A stretch of DNA of 32,000 bases from Patescibacteria group bacterium (GTDB lineage: Bacteria; Patescibacteriota; Minisyncoccia; JAHIHE01; JAGLIN01): contig JAHYJV010000003.1 in assembly GCA_019428855.1 (NCBI GenBank), positions 1-32,000 of the forward strand, in the 5' to 3' direction. Every line of letters starts with the position of its first letter. Within the stretch, counting starts at the first letter, position 1. Of this stretch, positions 16,501-25,076 are shown in pieces. The notes below the pieces were generated by a model. That model had not been told where the DNA came from. It did no database searches and saw nothing but the letters and a program-made list of their open reading frames with translations. The translations under genes were made by a program, and so were the position numbers.

Positions 16501-17227
16501 ATTTTTTTCTTAATAAATTTATTTTGATTATTATTAGTTCTTGAAAAGTTTTTATGTAATCAGATAATTTTACATTTGTTGCCTCTCTATTTTCCCACAA
16601 GACGGATGTGCTTTTTATCTTGAAACCATATTTCTTTGCCAGTACTAGTGTTTCAATGTCAAACCCCCAACCATTTATAGTTAGTTTTGGAAAAATCTTT
16701 CGTTTGGCTTCTTTTGAAAAAAGTTTAAATCCACATTGGGTGTCTTTGATTCCGGGGACTGCGAGGGCTTGAATTAATAAATTTCCAAAACCACCGAAGA
16801 TTTCTTTGTAAAGTGACTGTCTTTTCTTAATGTTGCTTGCTTTTAATTTTCTGTTTCCAATTACAATGTCATAGCCATCTTTTGCGGAATTGATAAAATT
16901 ATCAATGTGATTTATGGATGTGGAGCCGTCGGCATCCATGAAAATGGCATAAGATCCCTGAGAATTAAGCATACCCCTTTTAACGGAATATCCTTTCCCG
17001 AAATTATTTTCGTTTTGTAATAATTTTAAATGATTAATTTTTGATTGTAGTTTCATGACCAGTGCGGAAGTTTTATCTTCTGAGCCATCATCAATGACAA
17101 TAATTTCAAAGCCATATTCTTTTTCTGCCAAAAAACGATTAACTTCCATTAAGGTGTTTGTAATCAATTTTTCTTCGTTAAAAGCTGGTATGATAACGGA
17201 CAAATATATTTGATTTATTTCTTCCAT
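16484..17227 (-). CDS. Family 2 glycosyltransferase, polyprenyl-phosphate sugar synthase-like (DPM1/GtrB/CsbB type)
   Basis: LSVIIPAFNEE, VIDDGSEDKT and the FMDADG (DxD) motif. It is a soluble 247-aa GT-A fold pattern and overlaps the GalT-like gene by 17 nt. Confidence 0.8.
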   Translation of the reverse strand: MEEINQIYLSVIIPAFNEEKLITNTLMEVNRFLAEKEYGFEIIVIDDGSEDKTSALVMKLQSKINHLKLLQNENNFGKGYSVKRGMLNSQGSYAIFMDADGSTSINHIDNFINSAKDGYDIVIGNRKLKASNIKKRQSLYKEIFGGFGNLLIQALAVPGIKDTQCGFKLFSKEAKRKIFPKLTINGWGFDIETLVLAKKYGFKIKSTSVLWENREATNVKLSDYIKTFQELIIIKINLLRKKYDNEK

Positions 17228-17347
17228 TTTTTAATTGTTTTGTTATTATAATATATATGCAAGCTATAAGATATTTTAAATAAGTTTACTATTGATAAAT
17301 AATTTTTCTTAATTTTACTATCTTTATTATACGACAAATAATCAATT

Positions 17348-19798
17348 TTATCCACTTTTGTATTTTTTTAATTTTATTTTATCAATGATTAGTAAAGATA
17401 AACAAGAAAATATTCCAAATAAACTTAAATACATGGAATACTGAAAACTTTGAGGTTCATAAGAAAATATAATCTCATGTTTTCCTTTTGGAATATATAC
17501 ACCTCTGAATGCAACATCTGTTGGATAAATTGTCACTTCCTCTTCGTCCAGATAGGCTTTCCAGCCCACATAAAACGAGTCTGTCAGCACTAAAAAGCCA
17601 TCTCGCTTACTATCAGTTGAAATCTTCATTTTTTCAGGAAGATAAGAAGTAATTTCCGCAGGAACATATTCTGTCTTTGTTTGATTGACAAATTTTTCCA
17701 TTTCATCATTCTTGCTTTCTACGATTGCCTGAAAGCGTGGATCAAATGAATCAGCAAGAAATTTTTCAACAGCCTCGAAATGATTATCAACAAATGCGAG
17801 ATTATATACAATAAATGTTCTTGGTAGAACACCTTTATTTTCGTATATATTTATTTGCTTGTCGCTGTAAACTAAATCTAAATTTTGGTCTTCAGCTAAA
17901 ATATCATTTTCGACATCGCTAATACTTTGAACAAAATATTTGACACCTAATAAGTCAAAAACCTTGTGCGAGAAGAAATTATATGTGTATCCTCCAAAAT
18001 GTCTTTCGAATTCTTCATATCTTTGCGGTTTAATTATTTCATAGCCTCTTATATCTTGCAGTTTCCAAACCAAATTTGAATTTGGTGACATGGATGTGAT
18101 GAAATTATTAACAGTAATTTTATAACTTGTAAATCTAAAATTTTCTGAATTATTCTGGAGATATTCAATTGCCGGTGTAGAAGGATATATATATTTTTTT
18201 TCAATTGCCGGGTGGTATTTTTGACCATATGAAAATAGTTCAATAATAATCAAAATGACAAGAACACCCTTTGCCAAATTATTTTCGAATGATTTTGATT
18301 TATATAGGACAAGAACTGAAATGACGAGATTTAAGAGAATGGACAATATAATTAGATATATTATTTTCTCACGAACTATTTCAAGAGGAATGCTAGTAAA
18401 TGCATATTTTAACCATAAATAAGCAGAAACAATTGTAAATAATATAATCGATATATAAATTATGTTAAAGACTTTAATTTTATTTAAGAAGTTCCATTTT
18501 TTGTTGATAAAGTAATTGACTCCGTATCCTGCTAAAATGGCCATGGCAAAAACAAAAATAAATCTCAGACGCCCAATAATCAAAATATTAAAAACAGGTA
18601 GGTAAGCAACAAGTCTGAAAAATGGAAAAGAAGCGTAGATTAAGAATGATGAGAAGCCTATTGAAGCCCAAAAGAGGATGTTATATTTATTTTCCCTTTT
18701 TTGATTTTTTTGAAATATGCTGATAATTGAGATTAGTGCAAACACTAAAGGAATTATTCCGATATAGAGAGCAGTTTCGCTGAAATTACCAGCTCCCCAA
18801 TAGGAACCTGTTGACGGATTGCCAAAAAAATCAGGAAAGACAATTAAGATTGCATTCTCTAGTGAATTTTTAACTTCTGTAATATTAGACCATCCGTTCC
18901 ATTCGTGGCTCATTATTTCAAAAAAATTACTTTCTGCAAGTCCAGTTCTCCCCTTTTTCATTTCACTACTTTGCAGCAAAAATTCAGTTGTTGGGATAAG
19001 CTGCACAGATGCAATCATTAATCCTAAGAACAAGGAAATTACGACTAAAATTGACTTATGAAATATTTTTTTTCTTTTTATTTTAAGAAATAATTGTCGA
19101 AGAATATTAAATATAGTATAAATAGCACAGAGAAGTAACACAAACCATGAAATTTCAGGATTTCCTCCAAAAAATTGAAAACCAATTGAAAAAGATAGTA
19201 TTGTCACCCACGACAAGCTATTTTTTTGAAATATTTTATCAATTGAAAGAAGAATTAATGGGAGCCAAATAAATGTACTTACGAGTGGATATCCGAGCCA
19301 GACAATCATTGGTCCTGAGAAAATAAAAGCTAAACTACTAGTGATACTTCCCAACACTCCTAATTTTAAATTTAAACAATATATATATGTAAAATAACCT
19401 GCCAGAAAAAGAGTGATAAATCCAGAAAAAAGCATAAAATCTTTTTCAGAAATTGTAAATATGTATGATAATAATTTTGTTATTTCAAAAATTGAAGATT
19501 GGCTGTTGGCTAGAAATGGTAAGCCGGTTAGGCTGTAGGGATTCCAGAGCGGAATTGAAAAATGACTGATACTCTCAATTGTATGTTGATACCAGGGATA
19601 CATTTGATAGACTAAATCAGTAAGTAAAACATTCTTGGGCAAGGTGTTAATTTTACCATTGAAACCCCTATAAATGTTGTCCATATTATACAGTACCCCG
19701 GCTGGAACAATACTTAATCCGTATATAATCGGTTTGTAAAAAAATGCAAATAGTATTGTCAAGAAAAAGGTAATTGATTTTATAATGCCATGGTTCAT
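17348..19798 (-). CDS. YfhO-like GT-C membrane glycosyltransferase
   Basis: 816 aa with many TM spans through roughly residue 520, then a large extracytoplasmic C-terminal domain and a final TM span. The N-terminal motif QMYPWYQ...IPLWNPYSLTGLPFLANSQSSIF resembles the YfhO family signature. Confidence 0.6.
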   Translation of the reverse strand: MNHGIIKSITFFLTILFAFFYKPIIYGLSIVPAGVLYNMDNIYRGFNGKINTLPKNVLLTDLVYQMYPWYQHTIESISHFSIPLWNPYSLTGLPFLANSQSSIFEITKLLSYIFTISEKDFMLFSGFITLFLAGYFTYIYCLNLKLGVLGSITSSLAFIFSGPMIVWLGYPLVSTFIWLPLILLSIDKIFQKNSLSWVTILSFSIGFQFFGGNPEISWFVLLLCAIYTIFNILRQLFLKIKRKKIFHKSILVVISLFLGLMIASVQLIPTTEFLLQSSEMKKGRTGLAESNFFEIMSHEWNGWSNITEVKNSLENAILIVFPDFFGNPSTGSYWGAGNFSETALYIGIIPLVFALISIISIFQKNQKRENKYNILFWASIGFSSFLIYASFPFFRLVAYLPVFNILIIGRLRFIFVFAMAILAGYGVNYFINKKWNFLNKIKVFNIIYISIILFTIVSAYLWLKYAFTSIPLEIVREKIIYLIILSILLNLVISVLVLYKSKSFENNLAKGVLVILIIIELFSYGQKYHPAIEKKYIYPSTPAIEYLQNNSENFRFTSYKITVNNFITSMSPNSNLVWKLQDIRGYEIIKPQRYEEFERHFGGYTYNFFSHKVFDLLGVKYFVQSISDVENDILAEDQNLDLVYSDKQINIYENKGVLPRTFIVYNLAFVDNHFEAVEKFLADSFDPRFQAIVESKNDEMEKFVNQTKTEYVPAEITSYLPEKMKISTDSKRDGFLVLTDSFYVGWKAYLDEEEVTIYPTDVAFRGVYIPKGKHEIIFSYEPQSFQYSMYLSLFGIFSCLSLLIIDKIKLKKYKSG

Positions 19799-19836
19799 AG
19801 TAGTTCTCGGTGACTAGATTATTTAATATTTGTATA

Positions 19837-20967
19837 TTATCCAACCCAATATAAATTAGCAAACATAATCGTGTGGTATATTAAAAAGATTGTGAAAGTT
19901 ATACTTATAATTACATGATGTAATTTATTTTGACCGATTATTGCCAAGATAATAAAGGCTGGAAAAAGAACTAATACATATCGATTAAGACTAGCAACAC
20001 TACCTGAAAGAAGTGGTATAACAATAGAGATAATCATATAAATAGCATATGATTTTCTCATTTTTCCCCAGACATAAACACTAATTATAGCAAAAATAAT
20101 AAAATATGCTAATTCAATCAAATTGTTAAAATATGCCAAAGTAAAAAACATATTTAGATTGATAAAAATATAGATGATACTGTCAAATAATACATTCCAA
20201 ATTGGTACAAAGTTTCTACCCCAATGGCTTTGAGCTGATATAAAAAGAAAAGGATTTTGATATTTGAGATTTAAAAAAAACATATAAGAAATTAGTCCCA
20301 AAGAAGACAAGTATATATAAAAAGCATTCTTTGCTCTTAGAGCCTTGATTCGGTAATTATTCTGATATAAATATTCTACTAAAATCGCTATGAATACAAA
20401 AATACCAGCAAACCTTGTTAAGCAGGCTAGGAAAACTGCCATTGCGGATGCCTTGTAATTGTTTTTTCGAACATAATAAAATGAAGCTAATGTCAGCATC
20501 AAAAATAAAGATTCTGTATAAATGCTTGCAAAAAAAATACTCATTGGAAAAATTAAAAGATATAACAATGCCCTACGCGATATTTGGTCGCTGTAATCCA
20601 ACTTGATTAGTTTGTAAAAATAGAAAAGAGCAATGATAATTGCAAAATTCGAAATCAAAAATCCCGCTATCATGGTAGGATATTCAAAGGGAATGAAGTA
20701 GCTGAAAATTCTCATTAAGAACGGATATAAAGGAAAAAAAACAACACTATTAACCCATTCGTAGCCATGAGTCGCAATAAAATCGTAATGTGCAGAATCC
20801 CATCTATACCAAATATTAATTAAATTATAATTTTCAATATCAAAGAGCCAGGCAGATCTGTATGCACTGTTTTTAGTGATAAAAAAGATTGAAATCCAGG
20901 CAATAAAAAAAAGAGATATTCTCCAAGTAAGAAATAGAGATAAAATATATTTGATTTCTTTTTTCAT
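19837..20967 (-). CDS. Polytopic GT-C membrane glycosyltransferase, PIG-V/mannosyltransferase-like
   Basis: Multi-pass membrane protein with the loop motif WYRWDSAHYDFIATHGY after TM1, typical of PIG-V/GT-C mannosyltransferase-like proteins. The ATG at 20967 (MKKEIKYILSLF) is preferred over the track start at 21042. Confidence 0.55.
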   Translation of the reverse strand: MKKEIKYILSLFLTWRISLFFIAWISIFFITKNSAYRSAWLFDIENYNLINIWYRWDSAHYDFIATHGYEWVNSVVFFPLYPFLMRIFSYFIPFEYPTMIAGFLISNFAIIIALFYFYKLIKLDYSDQISRRALLYLLIFPMSIFFASIYTESLFLMLTLASFYYVRKNNYKASAMAVFLACLTRFAGIFVFIAILVEYLYQNNYRIKALRAKNAFYIYLSSLGLISYMFFLNLKYQNPFLFISAQSHWGRNFVPIWNVLFDSIIYIFINLNMFFTLAYFNNLIELAYFIIFAIISVYVWGKMRKSYAIYMIISIVIPLLSGSVASLNRYVLVLFPAFIILAIIGQNKLHHVIISITFTIFLIYHTIMFANLYWVG

Positions 20968-21153
20968 GTATTTAATAGAATCTTTGATTACTTTATAGTG
21001 TGGTAAACTATGAATTTCAATTATGATTTTGCAAGTGAACACGGAAAAAGTTATATTCTAAGCATTTTTTAGTAGTAAAATTATTTTTTTTAGTTTCTAG
21101 GCAATAAGTCAAACTGTCTGATCGAAAATTAAATTCAGTTTGCATTGATTTTA

Positions 21154-21330
21154 GGTTGCAAATTCACTAATACCAAATAATTTATATGAAATAATGGTGA
21201 GCCATATAACATAAGGTGGTTTTTCAAACTATAATTCTCCTAAGTAGTTTAAATTTAACCAATCATTGCTTGCAAGTCCCTCTTTAGCAATTTGACTATA
21301 GTAGGATTCATTCCAATTACCAATAGAGCC
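21154..21330 (-). pseudogene. Relic of an ArnT/PMT-like (GT39/GT83-type) GT-C glycosyltransferase N-terminus
   Basis: The minus frame reads GSIGNWNESYYSQIAKEGLASNDWLNLNYLGEL*FEKPPYVIWLTIISYKLFGISEFAT*. It matches the first periplasmic loop of ArnT/PMT_2 proteins (D/E-x-YY..IA.EML.SGDW....LNG.PYFEKPPL.YWL...S.KLFG.SEF). There is no start codon, an in-frame TAG (21231..21229) sits where Tyr is expected, and the remaining roughly 450 codons are absent. Confidence 0.55.
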
Positions 21331-21332
21331 TG

Positions 21333-21752
21333 TCAGTTCTTTGCGTTATCTAGGTAATCTTGAAGGATAATTCTAGCAGCTTCTTGATCAATAACTTCTC
21401 TAAAGTCCTCTCTCTTAACCCCGGCATTTAAAAGATTTTCTTCTGCCATTTTTGAGGTGTAAACTTCGTTCATAGTTGTAATTGAAATATCCAAGTCCTG
21501 AGATAAAGTATCTATGAAAATATTAGTTTTTTGTTCCTGTTCGCTTTTAGTTTTTGATCCAATCGGAATACCAATTACAATTTCAGTTACATTATTTTCT
21601 GAAATTATTTCTTTTATTTTTTCAGCGGAACTAATGATAGATTTGTTTTCTAGCGTCAAAAAACGGCTGGCTAATTTTTGATCAATGTCTGAGATTGCCA
21701 AGCCAATTTTTCTATCTCCATAATCTATGGCAAGTATTTTCATAAAAGTCAT
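21333..21752 (-). CDS. ruvX: YqgF/RuvX putative pre-16S rRNA nuclease / Holliday junction resolvase-like
   Basis: N-terminal ILAIDYGDRKIGLAISD motif, a length of about 139 aa and an RNase H-like pattern. The start may be M1 or M4. Confidence 0.85.
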   Translation of the reverse strand: MTFMKILAIDYGDRKIGLAISDIDQKLASRFLTLENKSIISSAEKIKEIISENNVTEIVIGIPIGSKTKSEQEQKTNIFIDTLSQDLDISITTMNEVYTSKMAEENLLNAGVKREDFREVIDQEAARIILQDYLDNAKN

Positions 21753-21836
21753 TTTAAACTGTAAAAACTAGAATATTCAATGAGGGTGGTAGGTAACTTT
21801 TTTTTGGTACCTGTCACTAGAAAGCACTTTCTAAAT

Positions 21837-22616
21837 CTAATTTATTTCTGTCAATATTATACATCCCTCTTTTGTTACTGCTATTGTATGTTCAAAATGA
21901 GCGGATAATCTCCCATCCTCTGTTCTAATAGTCCAGTCATCATCGTCACAGCTAATATTGTAGTTTCCCATATTAATCATCGGCTCTATGGCGATTGTCA
22001 TTCCCTCACACAGCTTCATCCCCTCTCCTTTTTTGCCAAAATTTGGAACTTCTGGGGATTCATGAATTGATCTTCCAACTCCATGCCCAACTAAATCACG
22101 AACTACTGAAAATCCATTCTTCTCAGCATAATTTTGAATTGCAAAACCAATGTCTCCTATTCGGTTCTCAGGCTTAACTTCGCTAATTCCCTGATATAAT
22201 GAATTTCTGGTAATCTTTATCAGTTTTTCAGTTTGTTTATTTATTGTTCCTGCTCCGACGGTAATGGCACTGTCAGCATGAAATCCGTTATATTCTATGC
22301 CAAAGTCAATACTTACTATGTCTCCGTTTTTAATTTCTTTGCCAAAGGGAAATCCATGAACAATTTCATCGTTTAAAGAAAAACAAATAGCAGCAGGAAA
22401 TGGGACTCCATCATTGTGAATTTGATAATTTTTAAATGAAGAAGTGACTCCGTATTTTTTTATTTCTTTGAGAGCTAACTCTTCGATTTCATCTCCATAA
22501 ACTCCAGGTGCAACTTTTGTGCCAAGCAATTGCAGAATGATAGCCATGATTTTACCAGCTTCTTTCATAATTTGAATTTCAGCTTTTGATTTGAGGTTGA
22601 TTTTCTGTCTTGTCAT
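21837..22616 (-). CDS. map: Methionine aminopeptidase type I
   Basis: Pita-bread metal ligands in conserved context (SIDFGIEYNGFHADSA, HGVGRSIHESPEVPN, IAIEPM, FEHTIAVT). Confidence 0.93.
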   Translation of the reverse strand: MTRQKINLKSKAEIQIMKEAGKIMAIILQLLGTKVAPGVYGDEIEELALKEIKKYGVTSSFKNYQIHNDGVPFPAAICFSLNDEIVHGFPFGKEIKNGDIVSIDFGIEYNGFHADSAITVGAGTINKQTEKLIKITRNSLYQGISEVKPENRIGDIGFAIQNYAEKNGFSVVRDLVGHGVGRSIHESPEVPNFGKKGEGMKLCEGMTIAIEPMINMGNYNISCDDDDWTIRTEDGRLSAHFEHTIAVTKEGCIILTEIN

Positions 22617-22749
22617 AATTTTAATTTATTGTTAGGGAATTGCAATATTTTTTTCTGATCTCTGAAATTTTTTGGGAGCTCTTGAAACTAAAGTGTGAAA
22701 CTTAATTTTTTAAAATAAAAACAGTTCCTTTTTATGTTGCTAAATAAAT

Positions 22750-23457
22750 TTACTTTATCATTAATTTAATTTTCATTTCCCGAGGCATTTTTTCAATGGC
22801 ATATCGCAGTGCTGTTCTTGGCATTATCTCCTTGTTCATATTTATAAAATTAAATACTTCGTTCAAATAAAATTTACTTGCTTCTTTTAGCATCCAACCA
22901 TAACCTTTCTGAACTAAATTATCAGTATCTTCAAGAAGAATGTCGGCAATAGCAAAAGAATTTTTTAGATATTTCTTTTTTCGCAGTGAATAGATTAAAC
23001 AGACCGCGGAAGATCTTCTTTTCCATCGATTCTTAGATTTGGCCCATTTTTCAATTTCTGGCAAAAATTCTGGAAACTGAAAGATAAAATGTCCTAAAGC
23101 ATGAGTGCAAAGATCATCACATTTAATCCAATTTAAGACGTATTTATCAATCCAGAAATCAAATAATTTAAAGTCTCGCCCATCGCATTGATTTTTAATC
23201 CTAAACATCCAATCAAAGGCAATTATTGATTCTTCAATATAACCCGATTCCAACATTTCGTCACACAACGAAATAATTTCTTTCTTTTTCATTGTCTTAA
23301 TTTCGGAAAAATATATCTTGCTAATATTTCTCACTATCGGCACTTGAACTCCATATAGTTTTAGCTTTTCTTTTGAGAATTTAGAGCTATTGTTTTTATA
23401 TTCCTTATCAATATTGTCTTTTAATTCTCTTTTGATTTTTGTAATAATAACTTTCAT
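22750..23457 (-). CDS. DNA alkylation repair protein, AlkD/HEAT-like repeat family
   Basis: 235 aa, helical-repeat composition. Motifs such as YGVQVPIVRNISK, RWKRRSSAV and VQKGYGWMLKE resemble the DNA_alkylation (AlkC/AlkD-like) family. Confidence 0.65.
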   Translation of the reverse strand: MKVIITKIKRELKDNIDKEYKNNSSKFSKEKLKLYGVQVPIVRNISKIYFSEIKTMKKKEIISLCDEMLESGYIEESIIAFDWMFRIKNQCDGRDFKLFDFWIDKYVLNWIKCDDLCTHALGHFIFQFPEFLPEIEKWAKSKNRWKRRSSAVCLIYSLRKKKYLKNSFAIADILLEDTDNLVQKGYGWMLKEASKFYLNEVFNFINMNKEIMPRTALRYAIEKMPREMKIKLMIK

Positions 23458-23499
23458 ATTTTAATAATACATTAATGTCGAACATCGCATTAATAAATC

Positions 23500-24159
23500 T
23501 TATTTAATATAACCTAAAATTTCTTTCTTTATTTCCTCGATAGGTCTTTCTCCGTTAATTCTGATAATCATTTTTTTTTGCTTATAATACTCAATAACTG
23601 GCTTCATATTTTTTTCATTCCATTGCAACCTGTTTAAAACTTTTTCTGGAGCATCATCTTCTCTTCTGTAAACATCGCTCCCGCAAATCGGACACTTGGA
23701 TTCTTCTTCACTTAAATCTTTGCCAACAATTAAAGGATGTGCATTTTTTTTACATAACTTTCGGCTTGAAATTCTTCGCATTGATTCTTCTTTGGAAACA
23801 TCTATATAAAAAATATAATCAATTTTTCTATCAACAGATGGAAGTTTTTTATTCCAAAATTCAGCTTCTTCAAGAATCCTCGGAGTACCATCAAAGATAA
23901 TTCCTCTGTCCTTATCAAGTTGATCTATTTTCTGTCTTAATATATTTTCTTTCATAAAATCCCACGGCACAATATCTCCTTTGATGTTTATAATTTCATT
24001 AATTTTCTGGCCGGTTTTGGTATCTTGTTTTGCTATCTCACGCAAGATTGAACCAGTTTCAAAAATCTGCAAATCATATTTCTCTGCCAAAAATCTTGCT
24101 TGTGTTCCCTTGCCTGAACCCTGTGGACCCATGATAATTATGTTGATATTTTTTTTCAT
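23500..24159 (-). CDS. adk: Adenylate kinase (canonical-looking copy)
   Basis: P-loop IIIMGPQGSGKGTQ, NMP-site motifs TGSILRE and FDGTPRI (compare DGFPR), and LID motif RREDD with C-x4-H ... CPIC. Confidence 0.9.
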   Translation of the reverse strand: MKKNINIIIMGPQGSGKGTQARFLAEKYDLQIFETGSILREIAKQDTKTGQKINEIINIKGDIVPWDFMKENILRQKIDQLDKDRGIIFDGTPRILEEAEFWNKKLPSVDRKIDYIFYIDVSKEESMRRISSRKLCKKNAHPLIVGKDLSEEESKCPICGSDVYRREDDAPEKVLNRLQWNEKNMKPVIEYYKQKKMIIRINGERPIEEIKKEILGYIK

Positions 24160-24171
24160 TGATTATTTATA

Positions 24172-24831
24172 TTATTTATTAATTTCGATATAGCTAATTA
24201 TATCTTGAAAAACTTTTTCAATGGACTGATTACCGTCAATCTTAATTAATCTATCATGAGCTTTGACATAATCCAAAACTTCGGAAGTTTTACTGTGATA
24301 ATCAGCTAACCTTTTTTTAATACTCTCTATGTTTTCATCTTTTCTTCTTTTGATTATTCCAGTGCAAGCTGGACATATTATTTCTTGAACTTCATCTTCA
24401 AGCACCACAACTTTTTCACATTTTTCACATGTCCCTCTTTTGAGCATTCTCTTGATTGCTTCCTTGTCGGAAATATGTATTAAAAATATATAATCAAGTT
24501 TTCGCTCAAGCTTTGCCAGGACTTTATATAAATTCTTGATTTCCGGCAACATTCTGGAAAAATTTTCCAGCATCAGACCTTGATTTTTATCAACTTTATT
24601 AAACTCTTCTTCTGTCATTTGAAAAATCCATTCTGATGGAACAAAACCTTCATTCATGGCTGCTTGCACCTTTTTTCCAAACGCTGTCTTCTCCATAGCC
24701 CACTTTCGAAGTATGGCGCCGCTTTGCAATCGTTGAAGATTATACTTTTCTGCCAGTATTTCAGCTTGTGTCCCTTTTCCAGATCCCGAAGGTCCAAAAA
24801 ATAATATATTCATTGGTTTATTACTTAACAT
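24172..24831 (-). CDS. Adenylate kinase paralogue (divergent NMP-binding motifs, Cys4 LID)
   Basis: P-loop LFFGPSGSGKGTQ and LID CEKC-x14-CPAC. The DGFPR-equivalent reads ENFSR and the RxDD-equivalent reads RRKDE. The start may be M7 (24813, MNILFFGP). Confidence 0.8.
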   Translation of the reverse strand: MLSNKPMNILFFGPSGSGKGTQAEILAEKYNLQRLQSGAILRKWAMEKTAFGKKVQAAMNEGFVPSEWIFQMTEEEFNKVDKNQGLMLENFSRMLPEIKNLYKVLAKLERKLDYIFLIHISDKEAIKRMLKRGTCEKCEKVVVLEDEVQEIICPACTGIIKRRKDENIESIKKRLADYHSKTSEVLDYVKAHDRLIKIDGNQSIEKVFQDIISYIEINK

Positions 24832-24991
24832 GATAATTCTTTATAAATCTATTAATTTTATCAGAAATTTTTAAGGTATTAAATTCATTTTGTTCTCATT
24901 TTTTCATATTCTTAAAATATTTTCTCAAACCCCTTGATGTCCTTCCCCACAGGTTGCCTTTCTGATTTTTTTTGGTTTTGAGAATTTTTTT

Positions 24992-25021
24992 ATTATAAGA
25001 AAGTTTAATAGTGCTTTTCAA
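24992..25021 (-). promoter_or_regulatory. Possible internal promoter (TTGAAA-18 nt-TATAAT) between secY and the adk pair
   Basis: The minus strand reads TTGAAAAGCACTATTAAACTTTCTTATAAT, within an unusually long (245 bp) spacer for this operon. Confidence 0.3.
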
Positions 25022-25076
25022 AATGACCCGAATAAAATTCAGGCCATCGAGATATATTTATAAGCTGTAAATTTTA

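Noticed and set aside
21333-21335. TGA stop of ruvX as a possible sign of genetic code 25 (TGA=Gly), which some CPR lineages use
   Set aside because: No conserved protein in the window is interrupted by in-frame TGA under the standard code. The ORF track is intact for every housekeeping gene, so code 11 fits.
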